Assembly: GCF_009834535.1 (NCBI RefSeq)
Contig: NC_045705.1
Span: forward strand, 30,258,001-30,322,000
Origin: Camelus ferus
Lineage: Eukaryota
DNA length: 64,000 bases
Reading direction: 5' to 3'
In this document: positions 41,012 through 54,625 of the stretch, one piece after another
How positions within the stretch are numbered: position 1 is the stretch's first letter
How the letters are laid out: each line of letters opens with the position of its first letter
The notes under the pieces: generated by a model
Seen by the model: only the letters and a program-made list of their open reading frames with translations
Database searches by the model: none
Told to the model about the DNA's origin: nothing
Made by a program: the position numbers and the translations under genes

Positions 41012-41099
41012 GTGGGGTACAGCTCAATGGTACAGTGTGTGCTTAGCATGCATGAGGTTCTGGGTTCAATCCCCAGTACCTCTATTTAAAAAAAGAAAA
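41012..41099 (+). mobile_element. Vic-1-type tRNA-derived SINE
   Basis: ggtacagctcaatggtacagtgtgtgcttagcatgcatgaggttctgggttcaatccccagtacctc and A tail; degenerate TSD agaacaccaaag / agaatatcaaag. Confidence 0.88.
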
Positions 41100-41126
41100 G
41101 AATATCAAAGAAAAGGAAACACTTAC

Positions 41127-41310
41127 GTGTAAATCCCAGATCCTAACCTCCCCATCTAGGCAGCCAGAAGCAATAAGGCCTGAGATGGTGGGGTGAAAAG
41201 TGACACACCATGGAGTGCGGCGGTGTCCAATTAGAGAGTGAACACACTTGCCTGTCTTCACCTCCGTGATATAGATATTATGGTTTACATGGGTGGAGGC
41301 CAAGAGAGTC
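41127..41310 (-). CDS. AMBRA1: AMBRA1 exon 4 (WD40 repeat)
   Basis: ccgtag|[61 protein letters not shown]|gtaagt; 184 nt; GH...WD motif. Confidence 0.98.
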
Positions 41311-41381
41311 CTACGGAATCAAAGAGTAGGAAGTAAATGTGAAGCATGTGAGAGTTTTGGACAACACAGAAAATTGACACT

Positions 41382-41536
41382 GAGGGAGGGTATAGCTCAA
41401 GTGGTAGAGTGTATGCTTAGTATGCACAAGGTCCTGGGTTCAATCCCCAGTACCTCCTCCAAAAAATAAATAACTAAACCTAATAACCCTCCCCCAAATT
41501 TTTTAAATTAAAAAAAAAGAAAAGAAAAAGAAAAAA
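41382..41536 (+). mobile_element. Vic-1-type tRNA-derived SINE (long-tail form)
   Basis: A box tagctcaagtgg, B box ggttcaatccc; TSD agaaaattgacact / agaaaagtgacact. Confidence 0.92.
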
Positions 41537-41983
41537 GAAAAGTGACACTATTCCACAAACCAGCGTGAAAAAAAATACACCCTGGCCATTACAAACAACA
41601 GAAACATTCTGATCTCTAAAAGCTTTTGGCTTCTCCATACTGTCCCCAAATGACATATAACCCGTTCAGAGAGTATTTTTTCCAGCAGAGAAAACAATCA
41701 CACTGTTGGTGGCCTGTATCACACAGGCAAAGGATTATTATTGAAAAACTTTTCGAGTTTTGATCCTCGATATTCATAGGTTCCTTTGCTTATTCCCATG
41801 ATTTTAATGGTTAGCACTGCTCATCTACTTTCTTTCCCAATCTGGTAACACTGGCAAAGCTCTGTTCATTCAGTGCTTCAAAGAGCCTTTAAGGATCTCA
41901 TTCAGAAGATCAAGCTAGGCCAAACACACAGAAAGCAATGCTATCACAAGTCTTAGGTAACGTTATAGATAAGTACTAGGTAC

Positions 41984-42042
41984 CTGTCTGGGCTGAAGGC
42001 CAGTAAAAAGGTAGAGCGTGGACTATCCGGCAGTTCTACTCT
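41984..42042 (-). CDS. AMBRA1: AMBRA1 exon 3
   Basis: tttcccag|[19 protein letters not shown](R)|gtacct; 59 nt; contains Ser52. Confidence 0.97.
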
Positions 42043-42429
42043 CTGGGAAACAAACAAAGTTAAAAAACATTATTTATGTATAAACTAAGGCTCACTCTAT
42101 CTCAGAAGCAGCAAACCATCCTAGATTAATATTTACAGTGTGTGTCTAAAAGCTGGAATCAATGATTCACCTACAAATTGAAAGAGACAAATCTAAACTA
42201 CCTTTAGGAAAAATGTCTAGCTCTGAAGGAAAAAAGCTATTTCTAGCCCATTCATTCTTCCAAATCTGTAAAAACAAAAACAAAAACAAAAAAAACCCCC
42301 ACAAAATCCTGTTAGATCTATCAATTCTCCTACACAAAACAAATTATGTTCCAATTTTATGTCATTAACCTATTCTAAGGTTCCGTTCTACTGTCACCCT
42401 ACAATGTGGAGAATACCCATTTTTCTTAC

Positions 42430-42564
42430 CTTGCCCTCCCATTTCATCCACCGGGTTTTATCTTCCACCAGCTCCTGCAGAAGCCGCTGAGCTCCAAAGG
42501 TCCGAGTGCCCCTTTCCCGCCCCCAGAGTATCCGGACAGCATTCTTCTCTGGAACAACCTTCAT
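42430..42564 (-). CDS. AMBRA1: AMBRA1 first coding exon (exon 2 by human numbering), aa 1-45
   Basis: Translates [45 protein letters not shown], the AMBRA1 N-terminus; context agcaccATG; donor AAG|gtaag; 135 nt, phase 0. Confidence 0.97.
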
Positions 42565-42683
42565 GGTGCTCAGCAGCCACTGTCACACCAGGCACAGGAA
42601 GAGACGGAGCAAGTAACAGCTCCACACGATGAAGCAGCTAAAATGAGGCCATTCAGGTCCTTGTAAGTTGTCTTCATGGAAAT
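42565..42683 (-). other. AMBRA1: AMBRA1 5' UTR part of exon 2
   Basis: Acceptor atcttag| ends at 42684, giving 119 nt of UTR before the ATG, about the size recalled for human; the upstream boundary is inferred. Confidence 0.7.
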
Positions 42684-43444
42684 CTAAGATATGGACATTA
42701 ATGTCAAAGAATATCTATTCTGTACTCAGAGAAGCTTCCCACTGTAAATACGATTCTAGCTCAAAAAGGAAAGTATTATTCTTTTCACACTTAATGACCC
42801 TTTCTCAGAAAAGACCCTTGTCCCAGAACTTTTCTTCCAAAAATATTCCACCCTTAAATTCCTCTCATAACCCCCATAGCTCAGTCTCATAATAAAAGAC
42901 CAGACCATTGTCTAAAGCAGTTCTCTTCGCAGGCAGGAAGAACTTTTGCTACTAACAAAAAGATCTAAACCTTTGTCAAACACAAAATGAATCATAACAC
43001 GACATCTGCACTCCCCTCTCAGTGCTGCTTCCCTGGTTGCTAGTACCCCTCCTTATCACTGGACAAGGTGACAGGGTGATAATTCCTATTACTCTTACAG
43101 AGCAGCTTCAATTCTACCTCGTACCTAAAAGCAAGTGCACAGGACTACTTCAAGGTACCTTTCTCATTCTCTTTTTCTCTTCTCCATTAAAGCTCCAGAA
43201 GAGACAACAGAGGAGGAAAGAAAAAAATTTCTATTTCTTTTTCTCACCCACTGCAAGCTCTTAGGTGCATAAAACTGTCACAAAATAAACAAAAATTCTA
43301 CTAAAATGTCAATTAGCAGCAAAATATACACATGTGCAACAATTAAAGATTTGTGGCTCCTCCATACAATGGAACATGCAGTGCAGTGAAATGGCATTTC
43401 AAAAGAATACGTAAAGAAATTTTATCCACTGCAGCACTGTTTCT

Positions 43445-44460
43445 TCAACTCTATTATGAAAAAGTTCAAATATACAGAAAAGATAAAAATACAGTAGAAC
43501 AAACACATACTACTCACCCCTTAGACTCAAGAATTGTTAATATACTGTCAAATTTACCTCATCTATCTCCACGGATAGGGATATGGCCATATATGGGTTG
43601 TTTTTAATTTTCTTGTGAAAGAAAACGCTTCAGCAGGCATCAAGACACTCTTAACTCCATATACTTCACTGTGCATCCTCTAGGAATGAGGACATTTAGC
43701 TTCATAACCACAATACCATTATCACACCAATTATCATTTAACACCCAGCCCTCATTCAAATTTCTGCAACTGTCCAAAAAAAAAGTCTTTAATGATGGCT
43801 TTTAAAAAATTCAGAATCCAATCAAAGCTCAAACGACGAATTTGGATGTTACATCTCTTTAGTCTCTTTTATTCTAGAACAGCCTCTAACTTTTATTTTT
43901 GGTTGGTTTTGCTTATATTCGTTTGCTTGTCTGTTTACAATACAAGCTTTTTAGACCAAGACAGTTGACTTGTAGAATGTCTTACAACTTTGTTTTGTCT
44001 GATTATTTATTCACGGTGCCATTTAGCTTGCTTCTCTATCCCTAATATTTCCTGTAAATACTGAGTAGATTTAGGTTAAGTGGTTTGGGCAAGAATGCTT
44101 CACAGGTAATGCTATCTACTTACTTCATGGTGTGTATTACAGCACATCATATTCTCAGACTGTTCCACGTAGTGGGACTTGGTAAATTATACAATCATTT
44201 ACCAAAACATGATCACTTGGTTGAGACTGTAACAGCCAGAGCTCTCTTTATTAAGGCATTTTTCCTCTTTACAATTAGCAATCTGTGGCTAACATTTGGC
44301 ACCATGTAAATACCCTGTTCCTCTTTCAACCTTTTGCTTAATGGTTTAGCAGTCACTGATGACTCTTAAATTACTTCCTTTGAGGGCTGAAAAATGTTGA
44401 TTTTCAAATTCCATCATTATTTCTACATTTATTAACTGGCATTCTTCTGTAAAAAAACTT
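43445..44460 (-). mobile_element. Old L1M (L1MC/ME-like) 3' region
   Basis: tattatgaaaaagttcaaatatacagaaaag...aatgaggacatt...cataaccacaataccattatcacacc. Confidence 0.55.
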
Positions 44461-47400
44461 TCTCTTAATAACTGAAGCAGGGTAATGCTTAATTTTTTTT
44501 CCTTTAATTACTACTTCTTATTGTTTGTAATAGCAAAAATTGGAGACAACTCAAGTGTCCATCTAAAGGGGACGAGATGACTAATCTATGGTCAGGAAGA
44601 GTCTCTGGGTAGTGACAACAAGAGAGCTCCAAAATACGTTGTTAAGAGGGGGAAAAAGCAAGGAACAAAATATAGTAACACTACCTTTCAATTAAAAGGA
44701 GAAATTAATGATCATTTATTAGGGACTGAAGGGATAAGGTAAATGGAGACAAAGATGGAAGTTAGACTACTCAGTGTTTCTGTTTTATGTCATTTGTACT
44801 CTTGAAATTACCTATTCAAAATTTTGTTTTTAAAATATTTAATAATGTGAAAAAATACATGTTAAGTGAAAAAAGAAGAATACAAAATTATATATATAGT
44901 ATGATTCCAATTTTGTTAAAAAAATCTTTTGAGAATAATGATACAAAAGAAATATAAAAAACATTAACCATGGTTCTCTCTTGTGGTAGGATTACAGGTG
45001 ATTTAATCGTCAGAAAAGGCAATGTTTTTTTCATTTTTTAAATTTAAAAAGTAATAAATGCTTACTGTAAAAAAATCATACAACAAGCAGCTCTTTACAC
45101 TTCATGAAAGGCTGCAATCTAGAAAGTACACAACTAGATGCATCCAAATACAGGAAGAAAAATATTTACAGCCTGTGCTGAAAAGAGTCTTCTCCCTGGA
45201 ATACTAAAACATAAAAAGCCAGAAAGATTCTACAGAAAAAAAAAGATTCCACAGAAAAACAGAACCCCAAGTTCCTAGTCAAATACAGCACAAAGTTCCC
45301 TAAGCAGTGACTGAGGAACAAACTCTAGCCCACATCCTCGTGGTACAGTTCTCATCCCCCATTAGTACACCATACAAATATGTACACACTAGGAATGTCA
45401 ACACACTGCAGGCTAACCTCCTGCATAAGCTAAGGATGAACTAACTGGAAGGAAATAATCTCCTTGGTGACCGTGACAACTCCTGGTTTAAGACCAAAAG
45501 TCTAGAAGTGAAACTTCCACACAGCTGAGTAATTACTAACCAGGAAGGTGCCAGAAATACAGTTCCCATTCGTTCACCTTAACCCTTAACTGAGTCTGTA
45601 ATTTTTTTTTTTGAGCCATTCTTTGACCTAATATAGAAAAGTTCACCAGAAATGAGTTGAGGGCCCCTCATCTTAACAGTGCAACATAAAAGTACTTTCA
45701 AAGAAACACATTTAAACCACCTATAATCTCGTAACGTGGTGAAAGCAGCAGCAGCCCAATTACTAAGGAAAAAAATCTGACCTTCTGACCTCGTGTAACT
45801 CAAGAGGAAGAAGAAAATATAGGTCACAAACATCGTATGATTCAGAAAACTGTGATGCAATCCCAAGTTCCTACAGGAATCAGAAGGATGAGGAAAGAGC
45901 TGCTACAAATACCAGTTACCAAGAAAACTACTCAGTATCACCAAAGGGCTTGTCTATCAACTCCCAGGGACCTCAACACACTAATAGTTCAAACAAGAGA
46001 AAGTCTGACTGATGCCAAGAAGTCAAAGGGATTGAAACACCTGCACAGTCTCCCTTTTGTCTGAAGAAAAATATTTGCTGTTTCCTTAAAAGGATAAGGG
46101 ACTTCTGATATAATCCTTATAGCCACCTGAGAAGAAGTTTTACTTTGTTCTCCATAAGAACAAAAGGAGCTAAATCAAACTGCAGTCAGGCAGGCCTATC
46201 GCTGAGGAGGAAGTGCCAGTCAAGTGTATTTTTTCATTCCTCTTTTCAAAAAGCAGGAAGAAACAAGTTTCCCAATCTGTCCCTTAAACCAGACTGGGAC
46301 AAAGGGTGCCAAGAACAGTCTTTGTGATATTCTTACACAGCCCCAGATCAATTCTCAATCACCAAAAGCCTTGTGCACATAGAACCAAACTGGGGTATAT
46401 GTATATAATACAAATGCCAAGATTCCACACCATTTCTAACCAACCTCCATCCATAACATGACTGATCACTCTAAAAAGATGGGAAGAAACCACTTTGAAA
46501 GGTTTTCTCTGCTTAACTCTAGGATGTAATTATATTTAACAACCCCTAATAAAAATCACCTAGAGAGTATGCACAACCTAGTGGAAACTAAAAGTTAGAT
46601 TTACAGGTTGCCCTTACAATTTGATCATCTTATGACAGCAATTTTACTCCACCTTCTAGCAATATGACTTTGGGCAAGTTACTTAACCTCTCTGAGACTT
46701 AGTTGCTTCCTTTGTAAACAGGAATTGCAGCATCTGCTTCACCAGGCTGTTGTGAGGCTCCAGTAAGAAACAGTGGTGAACCATGAACACTGCTGCTGTT
46801 ATTGTTGCCATTATTACTGAATTCTCTTCGGGGTTCACTATGGTTTCCCTCACCAAACAATATGGCCAACTAAAACCCCTGAGACCTGAGATGCCACAGT
46901 TCCCAAGAGTAGTAGATTTCTAAGAAATACTTCAAAGGCTGTGACCAGACAACAAAGTAAAAAGTACTCAGGAGAAGTATTCATTTGTGTGGCAAAAATA
47001 ATTAAATGAGATTTGGGTTACTTTTACATAAAAAGTGAATTAAAAAAGAACCAACAACTTAGAGCTGTATCTGTAAAACCTGACTAATAATTCAAACCCA
47101 AGATCCTCCCTACCAATAGCATTCCAGGGGTGTGAATCAGAAAATTATTAGACCTGGAAGGGACTGTTAAAATGGAGTCAAATTACTTCATTTATTCGAG
47201 TAACTGCATCTCTCCCCACTTCACTATGCCCACGTAAGCAAAGTCTAAGAATCAAATCAGCCATGTAATACTGACATATATCCCAAAATAACACACAGGA
47301 TTCAACCCAAGGTTAACTCTTTAAAAGAAAAAAAAATCCTTTAAATACTCAATGTAGGATCACTTGCATAAGTAAAGTTCTCCCAACAACTGGAAAATTA

Positions 47401-49214
47401 ACTGCAAAATGTCAGGCCTTTAATTAGAGGCCTAAAAGTGGCCCAGTACTCTTCAGAAACTCCACGTGGGTGGAATACACAGGGTTTTCCACAACTGGCA
47501 GCTCTGTTTCCATTAACAGGACTTTCTACAGGGCACTTCAGGATGCTTCAGGACACTTCAAATGACACCATATAGGCTCCAAGCCCAAAATGTAAGCACC
47601 ACAGCAGCAACCATTCCTGTCTCCATACAGCTCTTGCTTGACTCCTAGGACTAGTCTTTCTTGACTTGGAGGGGGGCAGGAAATTTGGGGCAAAGCATCA
47701 CAAATCTAGAACTGTAAACAGGTAACACATTTTGAAGACAAACACACCTGGAAGCACAAAAACTTCAACTGTTCCCTGAATTGTGTATCTACTGTGTGTG
47801 GACTATGAAAGGATAGCCTAGGATACACCAAAGTGCTAACTGCAGTTAAGTCTAGATAGAGAAACTTTAAGTAGTGTTTATTTAATTTTTTTATCCAAAA
47901 TTTCTAAATAAGAGATAGCATAGTATAGTGATATATGGGTCCTAAAATCAGACTGGCCAATTGAATCTCAGCTCTGTCATTTTCTTGGTACATGAAGGTT
48001 TCTTGGAATAGTTACTTAACCTCCCTGTACTCGTTTCCTCATCTGTAAAAGGGAGTATGTATATGACAGGATTACCATGAGAATTAAAAGATTTACCAAG
48101 TTTAAAGTGCTTGATATTATATAATTCCAATGCTTATACCAAAATAATTCTGTTCTGTGATGTGAAATTACAGAATGGCAACAAGAAAAAAATTTAGGCC
48201 ACAAAGTCCTATAAACAATCAGATAAATTCTTCTAGGCAAAATGAGACTGTCCACTGCAAAGCTCTCCAAAGCATTTCATATAAATAAATCTTATATTTA
48301 AAAAAATGAAAAATAACAAAATCTCAAGATAATAGTTAAAATAATAACTAACACTTTCATAGTGCTTTTCATGTCCCACTGTTCTTAGCACTTTACATAA
48401 AATAACTCATTTACAATCCTCAGGTACATGAGGCCCTAAGAGAACCAGTCACACTGTCAGTGGTGGATTCAGAATTCAAATCCAGGTGTCTGGCTCCATA
48501 CCCTAGCTACTTCATTACTACAGAGAACTCCCTAATGCCTGAGATAAAACCTCCTGTATGGTCTCTCTCCTGTTTCATGTACTAGTCTCACATGTATTTG
48601 GCCCCAATCAATGTTTCACTACTTTATATTATCAATTAGAAATCAACTTGTTTTATATTTTTAATGTTTATTTCCTTAAAGGTCAAGAAATTAAAGAATG
48701 CTGAGGAAAAATGAAAAAAAATTCTCACTCTTTCTTTTATAGTATTTACATAGTTTTTGAGAGAAAAGAGGACTTCAAAACCTTTAACCAGAAATAACCC
48801 TGAATTTGATGAAGTACCAAATAAGACTATATCATGAAATTTAGCTACTATGTATTTACCCCACAAACCTACCAACTCCATCAAAATAAGAAAAATTACC
48901 TATCAGGAAATAGAGATAGCTGCCACAGTAAATTTACTTTTGTCTGGCAACTAAGATGGAACATAAATCTCAAAAAATAAAATCAACAAAGGATGTGACT
49001 GAGCATACTCTGTCACATCTGTGCATACCCCTTCATCAAACATGAAATGTAACAGTGACACAATTGAGAAGAGGAAAAAAGGAGTCTTCATGTGCAGTCT
49101 CAGGCCAGACCAACCCTTTCTCATCCACCCGGCAGACACATATGCTAGTGATTTCCCTTCACTGCTGAAGTTGGTCTCAAATTAGAATTCTCCACGACTT
49201 AGTCTACCTACCTG

Positions 49215-50310
49215 TGACAGATTCTCTCCAAAGACAGTTGCCATCAATTCCTTCCACTCTTTTCTTATCAAGAGATAAGAACAGATTTCTCTCCCCTTTA
49301 ATCTGGGCTGACCTTGTGGCAGAAGTGATGATGTGCCAGTTCCAGGCCTGGCAGCAACCACTTTCACTCTAGGAAGCCAACCACCAGGCTGTAAGGAAAC
49401 TCAGGATGTACCACTGAGAGAGACAGACTTGGATGATAATATACACCTTGGAGAGAGACAGAGGCCACATGGAAGACTATCATGTTGCCAGACCAGTGAG
49501 TTGAAACCCTGTTGCCCTCTCTAACCCAGCACAACCACCAGTTGAAAGCAGACAAATGAGTTACATCAGTTGATGCAACACAGGGCAGAAGAACAAACCA
49601 AACTTGCCCTGCCCAAGTTGCTAACCCACAGGACTGTGAGAAATAACAAATTATTAATGTTTTAAAGCCACAAATTTTGAGGTGGTGTGATACTGTGATT
49701 TATAATAAGAAATACATATTTGGTCTTTGTCCCCATTCCTGGCACAGCACTCCTAAAACCCTTGAAATTTCCAAGTGATAGTCTTCTGTCATTCAAAAGA
49801 AGTCTCTTTTTAAACAATAAGTTCATACTGTATAGCACAGGGAACTATATTCAATATCTTATAGTAACTTATGGTGAAAAAGAATATGAAAACAAATATA
49901 TGTAAGTTCATAAATGACTGAAGCATTCTGCTGTACGCCGGAAACTGACACAACATTGTAAACTGACTATACTTCAATAAATAAATACATAAATAAATAT
50001 TATAAATATATTATATTATATCATATATATAAAAGGAAGCCTCTTTTAAACTTAAGCTAGTAACTCAGAATTGAGTTAAATTTGTAGGACACCCAGTGTC
50101 TGCTGAGAACTGGAGAAATGCTTGCTAGCATTGGAAAAAACACACATAAGTGGTTTTTGTATGAAAATGAATATATGTATATTCCTATATGACTGAAGAA
50201 TTGTGCTGTACACCAGAAATTGACACATTATAAACTGACTATAATTCAATTTTTTTAATGTAGAAAAAAAAAAGAAGTGGTTTTTGTACAGCAATAGATA
50301 CCTAAAATAC
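49215..50310. mobile_element. Nested cluster: MLT1 LTR interrupted by a MER21-like LTR and two short L1 3' ends
   Basis: MLT1-like at 49215-49686 and 50289-50310; MER21-like start tgtgatactgtgatttataataagaaatacatatttggtc at 49686; L1 tips at about 49816-50030 and 50162-50274 with TSDs. Confidence 0.65.
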
Positions 50311-52110
50311 TACCGAGCTAATATCCTGTGTGCGTAATTCCTTGTTAAGACTCTTTCTTCCTACTAGACTACAAGCTGAGTGAGGGCAAAAACCATGTCT
50401 GTCCTAGTCAGTACCTAGCCCAGTGCTTAGCATAGAAAAGAATGAATTCGTGTATGTATTTTTATCCAGCTATGAGGAAAACCCAAAACAAACCCCAAGC
50501 TTTCATAAACAGCAACAATGTAGGTTGAAAAAAATGTGGTCAGTTACGGGTGATGTTGATCAGTTCAAGGTCATAAATCCAATTTCTATAAGTCAAATAA
50601 AAAAAAAAAGAAAAGAAAACTCTGTATCATTAACAATTTCAGTCATTTCACTATGCACATGTCATTAATCAGGAGAAGGCCAGACAACAGAGTATGCACA
50701 GGGCAAATCCATCCCCAACACTACTAAGGGGGTGGAGAGGGACCTAAACTTAAAAAAAACACACATCTCAGAGATGACAGGAGTCTTTTGTACTTTTTTA
50801 TACTCATATTTGAAACACGGCATATTTAGAACAAAACACAGAAGCAATGATTTTCTGACAGCAGGTTTGGGAATATGGGATATTGTATAGTGCCAAATAT
50901 AAAAGTGACATGATTTCATGGGTAAAGATAAGACTAAGAGGTAAGAAGCTTCAATGACTGAGTTCAACCACTGAGTTGTTACATAATCTTGGACAAATCA
51001 GACTCCAAGTACAAAAACTGAAACACCCTCTTTCTACCTTAAAGGAATAATATCCTTGGAATATCTCAGAAGAAATGGGTTACAGAAAGTTCAAGGCAGG
51101 ACTACAACTTTTCGAAGTAAAAGCCAAGTAAGGAACCAACAACAACCAGAATGCACAACAAATGGGGCTTTGCACAAAGAAGTCTGGCATATACAGCTCT
51201 GAGAGAAAGTGCGAAGGACACCACAGTGGCTATGAAGCCGAATCACAGAGTACCTCTAATCATCTGACAAACTAAACACAAATAATTTGATGGAATTAAG
51301 ACCAATACAATCAAAATTATACACAGTCCTTTTATAAGCAGCCAAAGACCAGAAATAAAATGTTAAGAAAACCTGCACCTATACTGCAGACATGCAAAGC
51401 ATTTATAGTCAGAATTACAAATACTCCAAAAATACAACTGGTCTGCCTCTAGAAAGTCAGTCTAAAAGGTAATAATGAATCAAGTACCTGTACAAAGGTT
51501 GTCAGCCTAAATTTACTGAAATAAGCAAGCACTGTAACCCCTTTTTCTCATATCCACCACTGCCCCCAAAGTTTTTTATATATAAACTCAGCTCAAGGCA
51601 GACTGCTACAAGGTTTACTACAAAGAAGCCAACAACCTTACAAATTGCTTTGAAGACACAAAACTAAATAAATTCTCATAACTGTTATCATAATAAAGGG
51701 GAGAAAAAAGTATCAGCTTTTCTACTACAGATTTTGCTGACTAGGGCTTCCTAAAGTAACTCACAATGATGTAAGTTAACATCTGCAACACAGGAAAGTT
51801 TGTGCTCAAAAACAAAGTATGATCAAAACTGGAAATAGAAAGCCGTAAGACCTAAATTTGAGACAATATTCCTTACTTCCACTTACCTCAGAAGGATGAA
51901 GAAAAAGAAAATGAAGTTTTATCTGCAAACTCTTCTGGGGAAAACAGTGAGCTGAGAGCACAAGAATCCCTGAAAACTCAATGAAGAACAAGGAGAGAAC
52001 CACTGAATCAAGAAGAAACTGAAGCTCAATTTTTGAGTCCCAAACTATCAAAGACCAAGAAGGTTACTGTTAAGTGCACAAAAATGGCAAGAGATTTTCT
52101 ATTGGCAAGC

Positions 52111-52137
52111 AAAAAAAAAAAAAAAAAAAAAAAAAAA
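52111..52137. repeat. Poly(A) run of about 27 nt
   Basis: Directly visible. Confidence 0.9.
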
Positions 52138-53754
52138 CCAGTAGCTTTTAATGGAAGAAACTTCACAGAGGCAAAAACAGCTTAACCCCAGAAATGGGAA
52201 CTGACCCCAGCTGCCTCAGGCAAACAGGCCTAATGGCTTTGGCAACAACATATCCTTCACCCACCAACATTAGGAGGCTGAAGTAGAGCTTATTTCAAAT
52301 CATGAAAGATCACATCTTTCTGTTTTCTGCATAGTCTTTGGGAAAAAAAAAGAGTCCCACCCTCCTCCCTGGAGCACCACACTGCCCCCAATCGGTTCTT
52401 GGAAACCCCTGAAGCCACAGGAACAGGCTTGTAAAAAGCTTCGAGAATGTTAAGCCAGGTATCCTCACAAACCCAGACAGATGAGATTACTCAGCAGACA
52501 AATAAGAAAATTAAAACCTGGAAGAGGTTAAGGAATTCATCTAGTTTTGCAAGATGAGTCAGTAGCCAAGGCAGGATTTGAATTCAGGCTTTTCCTTCTG
52601 ATAATATCAGAGCTTGACTCCCAGTCTTTGGCTCAGTAGATACTGTGTTCAGTGTTCTCCAATGTTAAGAGTCAGCCCAGGTCAGGTTCTTGGCTGACTA
52701 GAATAGGGAAAGGAAAAATTTCCCTCAAGGCTTCAGGAAGGGGAGAAGTCAAATTATTAAATGCAGAGCTCTCATGCTGAAAGGCCCAGATGCCCTTTCA
52801 CTTTGCCAATCACATTTCTCAGCCAGTCAAAATAAAGTACTGGACTTTTAAGAACCTAAGCATTTTAAGCTCTGACTAAAAGTTGGATTGCATTTCCCCA
52901 ACTTTCCAAATAAAAAACACTTAAGGGGGAGGGGAAGGATGCAAAAGCAATGACAGACAGCCAACAAGTGTTTACTAAATACCGATGCACTCAGCACTGT
53001 TCTAGGCACTGAGGACACTACAGTGAACAAGAACATTCCTGTCCTCAAGAAACTTATGTGATTATTTATGTAATTAAAAATTGATGGTACTTTCAAGTAC
53101 TGATAAATGCTAGGAAGAAAATATGGGGGGACAGATTAAAGGGTGGAAATCAATTATTTAGAATCACTTTCTATTTTTCTATGACAATGAGCCTGAGAAA
53201 ATATGAATAACTCAGGAGAAACTTTAAAATATTTTCATACAAATTAATATGACAATAAATATAATCCAACATCAATTTCTATTTTTAAATAACTATATAC
53301 AAGCATATTTCAATACTAAATTTGAAATAGCATTCAAAAAAAGTATTTTTACCTCAAAAGTTACAGCAATCTTAAAGCCTTATTAGTATATGGCAGAAAA
53401 AAATCCCAATATTTATCCAATTATCCACCAATTGATAGACAAGAGGCAGAATTCAACACATATATTTACGGTAATACTTTTATTTAGCATTCATTAAATT
53501 TTTGCTACACATGTTACAGTGCTAAGCACTTTCCTCACATCATCTCACTTCTCACAGCAACACTGTAAAGATAGCTACTATCATTATCCCCATTTCACAG
53601 ATCACAAAACTGAGGCTTAGAGAGGTTGAGTGATTTGTCCATGTGGAGGAGAGATTCAAAATCAAATCAGTTGCCGAAGCACATACTCAAATCATCACAC
53701 TATATTGCTTCTATAAAACAAGCATTAAACCTCAGATACAGGGAAAAAAACCCT

Positions 53755-54160
53755 TTCAGTGAGCCAAAAAGAGAAAGAAAAACATCATGTAATATCACTA
53801 ACATGTGGAATCTAAAAAAATGAGACAAATGAACTTATTTACAAAATAGAAACAGTCTTACAGACAAAGAAAACAAACTTGTGGTTACCAGAGGGGAAAA
53901 TGGGGGCGGTGTGGAGGGATAAAATGGGAATTCGGAATTTGCAGATACTAACCGCTATATATAAAACAGATAAACAGCAAGGTCCCACTGTATAGCACAG
54001 GGAACTATATTCATTACCTTGTAGTAGCCTATAATGAAAAACAATATGAAAAGGAATATATATATGCATAACTGAATCACTATGCTGTACACCAGAAACT
54101 GATACAACATTGTAAACAGCTATAATTCAATTTAAACATTTTTTTAAAAAAAGAAAAAGA
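53755..54160 (+). mobile_element. 5'-truncated LINE-1 3' UTR
   Basis: Same 3' UTR as 1-1137 (aacaaacttgtggttaccagagggg...tatagcacagggaactatattca...acaccagaaactga); flanking gaaaaaa(a)ccct repeats. Confidence 0.88.
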
Positions 54161-54625
54161 AAAAACCCTCTTTTTGTGTCCTCACACCTAGGTCATAATT
54201 ATAAAGAGTTAATTCAGGAGACAGAGAGAGAAGGAATAAGTCTGAATGAATCTGAGTCAGAACACACTGACTCATGGTATAACCTCAGGCAAATTCCATA
54301 ACATCCATGCCTCAACCTCTCAACCCCCCTATCTATAAAGGAGCTGTCCTCACCAGCGTTAACCATTACTTGCCTGCCTCCTAGTAGGCTGAGTGCTAAT
54401 TATTACATGCAATACATACACAGATCATCAGTTGAAAGAGTCAAGGAAAACCATAGCATTATTATTATTGTTTTGATGCTAGAACAAAGCATCAGAAATC
54501 AAGGTAAATAAGTTATGTGCACCAAGAATGTAGAGTTTGAATATGTACTTTGAAAAGGAATCATATAATTAGTTGTTATACCTCTAATTTTTTGTTTTTT
54601 CTTTTTAATTTGAAAAAGCAATACA

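Noticed and set aside
41382..41460. tRNA-Ala-like sequence (also at 19361, 34660, 41012, 54626, 55105 and 58723)
   Set aside because: Diverged copies, mostly with A tails and TSDs, identify these as tRNA-derived SINEs rather than tRNA genes
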